This document shows positions 1 through 11,307 of a DNA stretch of 64,000 bases, in pieces. Origin of the DNA: Sphagnum compactum (taxonomy: Eukaryota); contig OZ234494.1 of assembly GCA_965153455.1 (NCBI GenBank), positions 9,362,001-9,426,000 of the forward strand, written 5' to 3'. Every line of letters begins with the position of its first letter. Positions within the stretch are counted from its first letter, which is position 1. The notes under the pieces were generated by a model. That model ran no database searches. It was not told where the DNA came from and saw only the letters and a list, made by a program, of their open reading frames with translations. The position numbers and the translations under genes are program-made.

Positions 1-1240
1 AACAACCTGCTTGTGGGTTGTTAAGTAAATAGGTAGTTAAAAAAAGGCACTTCAGCTAACCACGATGGTTAACTAGCAAATTGAAACCCAACAGAAAACT
101 GTTTCCTGACCACTTATCATCCATTTGCTTCTTCATGGTGCACTGGAGGGTGCTGGCTCACTGTGGCTGCCATGAGGCACCAGATGAGAGTCCAAAGTCA
201 GGCCCAACAGAGGGAGGGACTTTAAGAAAAAATGTAATAAAAAAGGGAGGGAGAAAAAAACTTTCAAGGCCCCGAACCTTTGTCATGTTAAATCAATTGA
301 TCCAAGTGTTTTAAGTTCATATATGTAATATTTTCTTTTAAGATTATTTTACTGTATTTCCCTTTTTTGTTTCATGTTTAAGTGTTTACAAAAAGTTTTT
401 AATTGTTAAAGTGTTTTTATTTTTTTTCTAGTTTTTTCCCTTTTAAAAAAAAAATTTGTTCTGTTTGGATGGATGACGAGACAAACAACGAGACGGATGG
501 ACGACGGGACGGATTCAGGGGAAGCTTCATTTTTCATCCCGACGTCCTTTACTATATGTAATATTTTAATGATTGAAGGATCGACCAAACCAATTTCGTA
601 ATACATCCCGCCAAAATAACCTACAACCCGATAACCAAGCTCTGACATTTTCTTTGTCAATACACACCATCACCTGGGGAAGAAAAAAATAATTAGTCAA
701 TGGAACTTGAGTTTAGGGGTGTTTTGAGTCTGCATCTGACAAAGCTGATCTTTTACTTAAGCCAAGAAATAGCTGCAACAAATAGGTGGTCAAAATGGCC
801 GTTTTTGAGTAGGGTAGCCACCTCTGAGCAGGGCATTACCCCCATGTAAAGCTCTGGCAGGAAAACAAAAGGTTCAGGGCATTTTGAAAAACGAACGAAC
901 GAAATGCCCACCTCTCTAGCAAAGGAAAAAATTTCGCTTGATAGTGAGCCTGGCAGATACACTAAATTTTTTCTGCCAGTGCTTTTATTTATGTCATATT
1001 GACGCGGATTGTTCCACCCAGGAACAAGAAGAGTTCATGAACTCGTAATGGGTTCTACCAAGGCCCATTGTAGAGTGTAAACCAGTGTTCCTCGCATCAT
1101 AAGTACATTGTTGCCCTACTCACATCAAAAGTGAAACTCACGGAAGCTGAAAGTGAAAACCTAAGGAAAACCCTAAGGAAGTGAGTGAATAAAACACCAA
1201 ACCCAATCATGGAGCTTTAATTCGACCACTTTTGGGACAT

Positions 1241-1774
1241 TAGAGTTTTTTGTAAAGTCACCCTATCTTTGGCCATCCTTTCACCCCCAAACCCCTTTTT
1301 TCAATGCTATTCACAGAAATTTTATTCAATGTGGTTATGAAATTGCTGAAACCCAGCATTTAATGCACAAGCAGCTGTATACGTAGGAGCAGCTGAAGGC
1401 GCTCAGGAAAAAGGAAAGACAGAATGAAACTCAGGTTACCACAAAAATTGATTGTTTTTTGAAATGCACAAGTAGCTGTATACGTAGGAGCAACTTAAGG
1501 CGCTCAGGAAAAAGGAAAGACAGAATGAAACTCAGGTTACCACAAAAATTGATTGTTTTTTGAAATGCACAAGTAGCTGTATACGCAGGAGCAGCTGAAG
1601 GCGCTCAGGAAAAAGGAAAGACAGAATGAAACTCAGGTTACCACAAAAATTGATTGTTTTTTTTGAGTTTCACGCCAGTTGAATGCTAATGTACTTTTTT
1701 TCTGAATCTCATCCTGTTTATGACCAAACTCAGGGTTTTGGTGCTGTGTTTTCCTTACTTTATGGATAACTCTA
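1241..1774 (+). mobile_element. TA-flanked MITE-like element (family A) with internal triplication of a 101-bp unit
   Basis: Ends TAGAGTTTTTTGTAAAGTCA and TTACTTTATGGATAACTCTA form an imperfect inverted repeat. Clearly homologous copies at 41129-41550 (+) and 42200-42456 (-). Confidence 0.7.
1362..1665. repeat. Tandem repeat, 3 x 101 bp, near-identical units
   Basis: AATGCACAAG(C/T)AGCTGTATACG...ACCACAAAAATTGATTGTTTTT starts at 1362, 1463 and 1564. Confidence 0.95.
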
Positions 1775-2086
1775 TCATTTTAAACCACTTTTCTTTCCTT
1801 TCCGTTCTATTAAATTATGGTTTCCACCTAGTTCCTTAATAATAAAAATGGGGAAAAGTGAAGAAGAAAACCCACCACCATGGCACTGAACTAGTTCTGT
1901 GATTCATACTATGATACAATCCCCTGAAAATCATTTGTCACACATCCGGGACATTCTGATTTGCTTTGAGACACAACTTTCTACGAGTTTGCAGTGCTCT
2001 GCAAATTATATGTGTTGTGTTGTTTATACCTGGATATCCCACCAACCCACCCACTGACTTAAAAATCTTACTTAAGACGTTGGGAT

Positions 2087-2221
2087 TTGTTGTTTAAGTG
2101 GGGAAATGATTGTGTCCACTTATCATCACTCTCATTTGCATCAGAACATAAACTTGTTGTTTAAGTGGGGAAATGATTGTGTCCACTTATCAATCACTCT
2201 CATTTGCATCAAAACACAAAC
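2087..2221. repeat. Tandem duplication, 2 x about 67 bp
   Basis: TTGTTGTTTAAGTGGGGAAATGATTGTGTCCACTTATCA(A)TCACTCTCATTTGCATCA occurs twice in tandem. Confidence 0.9.
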
Positions 2222-3331
2222 TTGTCGTCATTATAGTTGACGACCAACTTTGTTTTTGCTGATTGAGTCGTGCACCCAAAGAGCAAAAACCTAAACACAC
2301 ACTTTGTCACCATTATAGTTTTTGACAACCTTTTTTTTGCTTTTGTCAATTGAGTGACACTCAAAGAGTTTTTTAAAAAACTCAAGTCCAATCAACTTCA
2401 GAAGAGGACACGAACACAACCTGAGTTACCGACCTAAATGCAACCTTGGTAACCTATCTTGTAGACCCTCCTACTTCTCTACCTCACACAACCTAGGTAA
2501 CCAATGTCTGTGGGTAGATAAGTAGGGAATATTAGTGGCTACATATGTAGGTATGTAAATAGGAAAGCCACTTGGTGACTACTACGTAGGTAGGTAGATA
2601 CATGTGGATGGCTAGTACTTAGCTAACCACCGTGGTTAGCTATGAAACATGAATGCAACAGAATTTTTTTTTTCTGTCCCCATACCCTCATCCATCCTGC
2701 ATGATGTGCTGGTAGGTGGGGGGTTCACTCTGGCTAGTTAGTTTGTTAGCTCTGCCCCACACAGATACTTTTGCTCAAAAGACATAAAACTCTTGCGAGA
2801 ATCTCCATACTCACAATCGAGAAAGCCAGAACCAGGTTGGAAACTTTTCCTTGAAAGCGAAAAGAAAGACTTGCAGATAAAGGACTGAAGAACCCAGAAG
2901 AAGAAAAGCACTGAAGAGTAGAACTCAAAGGAAGAACAGCACAACTAGCAGTTTGAACAGTTTGGACATGTATGATCCTGGTGCAAAAGACAACCCAATT
3001 ATCCCATTCTGTGTCTGTCGGCAAAATGAAACTTGAATTTCATCCGGAAACAAGTCAATATATGGCTCGTATCTCGATCACGTGGTTAAACAATCTGTTG
3101 AAAAGTTCATCTTCTTGACCTTCCTTTTGGCTCCTAAAAAGTTATCTTTAGGATGATCTGGCCTTTAACATAGTGCACCACAATGAAAGAGGGTGAAACG
3201 ACAACCCTGACAACTAAATCTATACATGGTTTTTTTCTTTTCAAATCTCCTGCAGTACCTTCATTAAGGGTGCTGACCTATGAACCAAATGCACATACAA
3301 TGACCACCTTTTAAATCTGTACCTGACTACA

Positions 3332-6300
3332 TCAGCTTGGCAAATGGTCTAGTTTCACCTCAATGCCCTTCTTGCGAGCTCTGTCGGCAAACGAGCTTGA
3401 TGTAATTGCGCACTCAATGATGCCTGCACATTCTGCTGGTGGGAGAATGACAATCTTCTCCTGAACTAGTTCCGTGTCGGGGATCACCTTGGGTGGAGGA
3501 GTGGATTGAACCAAACTGTGTGGTGACCGCAGATTGCCGCGTGTCTGGCAAGCTAACATTGTTTTGCAATGTTGGGCTTCGTCTTCACGGATGTTTACAA
3601 ACACGTCATATAAGTTGTCTGCAGCCAAAAATTATCAGAGAATTTTGACAACGTTTCCTCCCTCTTTTGTTCAAATAATCAAACAAGAGGGGTATTGAAC
3701 CACAACTACAATTGTCTGCATTTCTTGACAGGCTGGTTATAGCAGAGCCCATAATGGTAATCAGGATATTTCCTAAACAAAACGAATGCCAATCTGAGAC
3801 TCTACAACCAAATCGAATGGATTTGGGAAGCATTTCATTAGAGCTTTCCAGTCAATTTTCAGCAGATGCTGATCCTTGTGATTTCTGTACCCTTGACTGC
3901 ATTTCTTCACATAATATTATTCTGACAGAAAGATTCCTGCAAATCCTAAAATATCAATCTGATGTAATATGGGATTTGAAAACTCTTACCAACTTTTGGG
4001 CGTCTTGAGTTTGGCAGTCGGTCAGTTTGAAACTCATCTGCAAAATATCATAAAAACCTTGAGAACGAAAGGAAAATGTTCACATCAACACAATATATAG
4101 ATTTTGATGTCAAGTGCCTGAAAATAAGTTAACAAACATCAGATAGCTGTAACTTTCATAATAGTTAGCAATTCATTGCCTGGGCAGGAAGTCTCCTTGA
4201 TCACTAAAACTTCAGAGAAGGATGACTGGGTCATCTTTTAAAACTCTGAGAAACTGACTTCCAAAATAACTAGCTGGTGCAAAACTGTCAATCACTGATC
4301 ACTGTACAGATTGAGATGAAACAATAACCAAAACTCTATCCCTGAATCATCAATAATGAACTTCTCTGGCCCTACAGCAGTTTCAGGTGGGGTAGTTGAT
4401 GTAGACTTACCAAACATGTAGAGGTCCCCTTCTGTATAATATTTCACTGCTACTTCTGGTGCAGGTAATTTCTTGAGCTCCTCTTCAAAACACAAATTGA
4501 AACCAAAATCAAAACTATTGCAGAGATGGGTCAATATTCACCAAAGAAAAGAGCCCTTGCAGTTCTAGCTTAAGCAGGAGACCAAAATTGCTTCTTTATT
4601 ATGAGTGGTTCATGTTTCTGGACCAAAAACAGAAGAAACAAAATGGTATCTTAATGATCATTCTTGGATTGGTCTTGAACTCTTGAACTCCTTGGCTACC
4701 AGCACACAAAATAACATAGGCCACTGTGACACTGGATCCCAGCAGCATGCCTACTCCTGTGCTGGACAAACTATACTATTTCTGAACATAGACCAAAGAA
4801 TGAGATTTCTAGGGTATCCCTAGAAAGTTGTATTGAAAGCTTACCACCATGTTGCTTTATGAAATCGTCATATGAATGGAATGCATGTTTCTCCACACAC
4901 TCTGAGAAATGATCTGCCAACATTTTCATATCACAGTGACTAATCACTGTCAGACCACTGGACAAGGAAACTGAGACAGAATCAGAAAAAACTTCAAAGA
5001 TGCTGACTACCCTACAAAAAGGGAGGAAAATATACCAATGGCTACGGGATAAGAAGTTGCTCAAACCAGAATGGAGGGAGTGAAAAAAATCTCACATGCC
5101 ATTCGGGGGCTGATCAAATACATGAACACAGTCATGAAGTAATAAGCAACCGCTATATGTTGTGCAAGAAATCGATCCACCCATCTTTCATCTCCACCCA
5201 ATGCCTGTAACAGTGGGATGATAGTGAGTTCTCCTAAACATTTGCAGCTATGTGAGGTGAGGTTGGATTCTCGAACCAAACAAGCTGCTTGATAAATGTC
5301 CAGTTATCATGCTGACTTGCTACGGTTCCAGAGAGTATTCTTCTTTGTCATAATGTAGAAAAACAATCCTCTTGGCTGCATATGCTAACAGTGAATGAGA
5401 ATCACAATCATAGAACAACACTCCACATCGACAAAGAAGACAAGGTATTCCCAACCTCCATAGTCAAGAGGTGATGCAGTTCATTCCAGCTCTCTGCAAA
5501 ATGAACTTTCAAGTAGTCTGCACGCCTCCACCAGCCAAAGCTCTCGTACATATGCAGCACAGACACAAAGGCTACAACATGCCCCACCAGTCAAAGGCTT
5601 CAGAAGAACAGACTTCAAAGGTGAATCTTCAAAACTCAAAACTGGTGCCTATCTGCATGGCATCTCTGGAAGCTGGCAACAAATAAAGTGCCCACTCAAC
5701 ATCACCTCACATTGGTTGACATTACATTTGCAACATTCAAGATTAGCAGGTCATTGGATGCCAAAGCAGAAATGGACAACGAAAATTTATACCTAGTTAT
5801 GACAGACTCAGAAGCATGTTCACAAATTGGCAACATACCACAATAAATACTCTTAAAATTAGTTTGCCATGAGCCCCACCAAAACTGTCCCTCACTAATG
5901 AATGTGACAGCTAAAAGTTTCAGCCCATTTGTGTATGTATCTGCCAAGTTACTAGTCAACTTCATATCAGATAGTTGAGTTATCACACAACTTACCAAAG
6001 TAGGGAACCCTTGCAATTGTTTCCAGCACATAGAAACGAGCATAAGCACGCTGTGCATAAAAACCATCCAGCACCATGATTACAGCCTCCTGCAATCAAT
6101 CAAAGTCTTTTATAAAAAAATCTACAAAGAAAGACCAATTTGCACAGAAATTTGCAAGTGAGACCAGATATATGCCGGAACTTAGTACACTGTGTTATTG
6201 TTAGCCCTCACAAGCAACTTACTGGTTTTTTGTCACCATGAAACCCAAACTTAAACCCCAGGTTTCAAGGACCAATGACAACTTACAGTCGCAAGCACAT

Positions 6301-7666
6301 TGAAAGCCTTCTCCACAGGGATGATCCACTTCTCAAGCCCCTTTGCAGGAAGCTCTGCATCATCTGCACTTGACTCAAACCCATCCTCCTCCACTACTCT
6401 TGCCTCCACCTTGCTCTTTGCCTTACACCTAAACAATCAACACAAACCTTTTATAAAATGGGATCTATAACCCACTCATTGAAAGACACAGCAGCAGCAG
6501 CAACTCCAGATTTGCCATTTCTCCATCCAAAAAACCCGTCAATCAATTTCAGTAGTTAGAAACATGTCAGGCATCACTACCTTATGGATTTAGGGCCCTG
6601 TGGCAGCTGCAGCCCATATCATAGGGTTTCTCCAATGCATACTTCGTTGTTCCCATCCTGACTCACATTCGGACTATAACAACCCTCATTACACCAACTG
6701 CCACATAGTTGTTTTTGTACAAAAAGTGCCAATTCTCACATTCCCAAAACAATATGCATTTTGTAGAATGAGCAGTATCATCAACCACCCTTGACCAGGA
6801 TGCTTGACCTGCTTCAAAAGCCAAGCTCCCTGCTTTGATCTATCATCTATCATTTCATAAGCTCTTTTCTAGTTCAGGGACAAGAATTTACAATCTCTCA
6901 GGCACACTTTACTGGACATAGTCTAGCCCTAAACTGTTTGAGCTTTTGTACAAAGCCCACCCTCATGCAACAAGCTCCTCTTGTGTCCTAAATGAGCCTT
7001 CCTGTTGCCTTCCTTTTCCATTACTCCTATAGCAATGATCTTCTTCAGCTGGTGTTGTAGCCAAGCTTTTTGCTTTGCTTTGCTACACCGCGAGACCATT
7101 GCAAGCTACAGAAATGCTGGCAAGTAAGATGTGAACTCGTGTGCCATAAGACATTGTAGAATGTCCAAAATTTTACAAAGAAGAAAATCAAGGGTTTGTT
7201 GTCTGAGTTGCTTGCTGCTCCTCAGAAAACAGGTTGTGGTTCTGCAAACTGAGAGACACTTACTTTTCCACATGTGTGTGTGTTCTGGAGCTTCTTCTTC
7301 TTTACTTAGAAACATCAAGTTCTTTGTTCTTTCTCTCTATGTCGAGCAATTCGAGCTCGGATATGGTTACCTGCTAGAGGAAGATAAGCGTTTGTGTCGA
7401 CAGAATGGGACAATTGGAGTGACAATACTATTGTGAGCAACAACATACTGCCTCCTACTCCTCCTTTGCAATCTTCCAGAAGCAGCGGCGGTGGCGACAA
7501 CAAAGCGGAGATGCGTCTCCACGCACACTCCCGCCGCCGCAACTTCCATGCTTGTTGCAACTTCAGCATACTCTTTGCTTGCTACTGCTGCTGTTGTTGT
7601 TCTTGCTCGTCTGTTGTTGAATAGCAACCCGGCGCTGGATGACATACTCGCCAGACTCCACGACAT
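3332..7666 (-). CDS. PTOX: Plastid terminal oxidase (plastoquinol oxidase, IMMUTANS), about 410 aa from the first ATG
   Basis: Nine GT-AG exons in consistent phase: 7666-7371, 6428-6287, 6089-5996, 5571-5456, 5204-5096, 4913-4845, 4482-4411, 4037-3990, 3618-3332. Translation includes YARFYVLETIARVPYF, ESFGWWRRADYLKVHFAESWNELHHLL, HFSECVEKHA and NLYDVFVNIREDEAQHCKTM, so the di-iron Glu/His ligands are intact. The 48-nt exon 8 (DEFQTDRLPNSRRPKV) is the PTOX-specific segment absent from AOX. Alternative ATGs at 7645 and 7549. Confidence 0.96.
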
Positions 7667-10600
7667 ATTGCAAGCGACCGAAAGAAAGAAAGAACAAAAT
7701 CACAACAAGTCTGAAACTGGAACAAGAGGAGGAGAAACACTGGACAGATCCCTGGCAAGGAAAACAAGCGTTTGTTGGGAAATAGAAGACAGAGGAAGAC
7801 ACGCAGCAACAACAACAACAACAAAAGAAAGAAAACCGCAACAGATCCTGCGCAAGAAGAAGAAGATTTGGAGTATCTTCTTCGCATTCCGCAACTGCGA
7901 ATTGATCTTCTTGAGACAACCGCGGCCGCAAAGCTTCTCGTCGCTCGCTCGACCATCCGACTTCTGCATCTGACGACGAACGCGTCGACAATTCATCACC
8001 TGGGGCCCGCCCGGATCATGCTTGCTGTCGCGCATTTCGGGCGCTCGCGCAACAAGGTCGTCATCATCATCCTTGCGGCGCATTTCTCTAACAATGCGCC
8101 AACAAACCTCCTTGTCGCAGCAAAATATTCGAGGTTTCTCCACCGCTCTTAAGATCCGCGGCCCCTTATGCTTCGCAACAACAATAGGTCGTTACAATTC
8201 TCGGAAATCGTAATTTGCAAAATTGCATCCCCAGGACGAAAAACCTGACAACACATCCAACATTTACTTCACTGCAACAAAGAAGTTTGTCGCAGAATAC
8301 AGATGATGAAGGGACAAAGCAGAATTGGAGGCAGAAAGACAGAAATGGCAGAAAACGAATGAGGCACAAAGCAGAAGTGGAGGCACAAAGAAAGAAATTG
8401 CTGAAGACAGACGAGGAACAAAACAAAAGTGAAGACAGACAAAGAAGTTGCAGAAGACAGATGGAGGGACAAACAGGAGCTTTTGTTTCTTGCAAAAGAA
8501 ATGGTTTTGCAAGCTTTTGTCTCTTTGCAAAACAACTACTGGCTTCTGAATAAGGTATGCCGCATCAATCATGAAAGCAAAGCTTGTGCCAGAGAGAGCT
8601 CATAATCATACTGAAATATTCTCTATATGCCAATCACAAAAGCAAAGCTCATGGCAAAATCTCAGAGGAATTGTTTTTTGTTGTTGTTGTAGAGTTTTTC
8701 CTGTTTTCTTTGGACTGAATAAACAAATGCTCAAGCATATTTCTTGCACAATTTCTTCCACTGAAATGGTGAGCCATTGTTGTTGCACAGGGGGATGTCA
8801 CTGGTATGTCTTTGTATGGAACAACAAGATGCTCGAGCAAACTCCCAACTCTTGAGGAACAAGTTCCTTCTGCAACTGTTTGGAGCGGGTCTTTTACTGT
8901 CGGCAGCTGTGCAGCAGCCAACAGAAACACACATGCCAAGCCAGCATTTCCCTTGAGTGTTTTTCCAGCCAAGATCTGTGCCAATTTCCCTTTGAGACGA
9001 TGATTGTGGCAATCTTGAGAACATCATAATAAACCTTAAACCCTAAACAGCACTTGATGTTCTTTACCTTGTTGTCATCCGTCTCAGTTTCTTAAGAGCT
9101 TTGATTTGCCTGTGCTGCTGCTGGCTGCATAGGGATGCCTGCAACTTTAGCCTATTATGGAACAGAAGAATGTGACACACTCCATTAGGATGAAAGAATA
9201 CTGCAGAAAGGAAGGGAAACCTCAAATCAAAACCCACAGCATATCTAAGCACATCTTATGCTTTTAGATGCTAGAAAAGGGTAGTAAAGGTTCTGCTGAA
9301 ATTGGCAGAGACAACAACGACACCTCTGATATCCACTTCCTTCTGAAACTTGAAACAGTATCCACTGATTGTTTCAAGGAGATGGATTGATCAAATAGGG
9401 CAGTTCCAATGACAGATTCCCGACAATTGAGTGATGGAAGTGAGGCATTGGCAGGTGGTCAGAAAGCAGATCTAACCTGTCTGTTTTTCTTTATCAATTT
9501 GACAGTCACCCATAGAGCTTTCCAGTCTCTGACCAGTGGTTTCCTTGGTTCCCTCATCTCCAATCTTCTTTGAGGAAAGCAACAAAGGTCCAGTCTTTGG
9601 AGTGCTGCACCCACCTCTTGTCCACCTCACAATCACCGCAATGAAAACACACACACCTCAATAAACTATACCTGGACCCATACTTACGTTGAACCCTAAA
9701 CCTTAAACCACAGTAACAGATCATCTCCAGATTCTTGTTTTAAGGACATTGTAGCAAAGTAGAATGACACAAACATGTTCCAGTAGTCTACCAAACAAGA
9801 TGCTCAATACAGGACAAAAGAAAAAGATAAAAGACATCTACTGAACAATGAGTTGGAGGAACCTTCACCAAACGTTGCAACCCCAGAGAAGTCTTGCACT
9901 CTGTGAACTCATGCTCAACCAGTCTTCTGGAATAGACTGGTTGCACACAGGGACAAAGCAAGTGCTAGAACATGAACAAAAGTTCCACAGGAAACAAAAA
10001 TATATATATAGAGAGAAAAGGGGACATATCAGCATGTGACATACACTACCAGTGCTTGGAAGCAATCTGACTTGGGAGGCGCCACACAACAACAGCATGA
10101 AGAAGGAGAGTTCATTAAGAGTTTTGTAGCAACACAAAACACATGAGGCCTGGGTTTGGTAGTACTGCATAGAGACCAATGTGCCAAGTTGAACACATGA
10201 AAGAAAATTGAATGCTTACAACACTAAACCTAAACATGAAACAAACGGGCCCACCCTGAAAGTGGAATGAATCCCAAAAGTTAAGTGGAATGCTATCAAA
10301 AAACACATCTCGAAAGACACACAAAATAAACGAATGTTTCACATTCATGCAATTGCACTCAAAGAAACAGAGAAACAAACAAACAAATAAATATTTGATT
10401 GTGTTTAGCATGTATCACATTAACATCTTGCGATCCTAATCTTATTTTCAACCTCTCCACACATATAGACTACAATTCAACAGTGTAAACTCATGTCAGT
10501 GTGCTTTGCACCAAAGATTGACAATCCACAGGGTAAAGCTGAATCTCGAATACGCTAGAAGTGCCTGCATGGTACTCAATTTTCCCATTTCAGCACATCA

Positions 10601-11307
10601 CGTCGTCAGTTGCCGCACTTTGTTCAATTCCTCCCTCATATCTTGGATTACATGAAGCCAAGGATTTAGATACACACTGGTATGACCCACATGTAAAATC
10701 AAATCTCGCATGTTCTTGAGGGTGACAAGTGCTCCCCCTGCATTGGCCCAAAACCCTAAAACATACATGTGAAAGACTGCCAGATTTCATCCAGCCAGCA
10801 ACTGCAGATCTGTAATCTCTTCAAGTCTGCCTTAATCTTGCATCATTCCTTCCAGGTTTGATGGTCTGAGAACTGGAATCCCAAGAATGCAAACAGTTAA
10901 ACCAGCAACACTGGTTTGGACTGAGCATAAGAAAAGTCCCACAGTTATGTGCCCCTGATGCAATAGATGCTATTTTGCTTAGAATTTTCACAATGTGGCA
11001 ACCTCCAAAGTTGCCACTCACCATGACCGTGTCTCTTCAATTTTGAAGGACATCCAAGAAATTTGTGTGGCAAGTCAAGGCCTGATGTTTGAAGAAAAGA
11101 ATCCAAGGATTCAATGGTTAATTTCAGGGCTCCTGGCAATGCAACTTGAAGAAATCTCTCTGTAACCCATGTACACTTGATTGAACCTTCATTTCTCTGG
11201 TGCACTGTCACAAACCTCACAAGCCATTTGATGACACAAATATGAAGAGTTGGAGCCCAAATTGATGTGGAAGTGAATGAACCCTGCCAGGCTAAATTTC
11301 TTATCTC

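Noticed and set aside
1362..1665. CRISPR-like regular repeats
   Set aside because: The units are contiguous with no unique spacers, the context is eukaryotic, and there are no cas genes.
6581..6606. Possible micro-exon in PTOX intron 1
   Set aside because: The candidate lengths (17 or 26 nt) break the frame, and the flanking exons already join in phase.
7491..8152. Many overlapping 120-160 aa ORFs on both strands near the PTOX 5' end
   Set aside because: Low-complexity, GC-richer promoter/5'UTR sequence with few stops, and no recognisable domains.
8711..8720. TGGACTGAA resembling the miR319 seed region
   Set aside because: The match stops after about 10 nt and there is no complementary hairpin arm.
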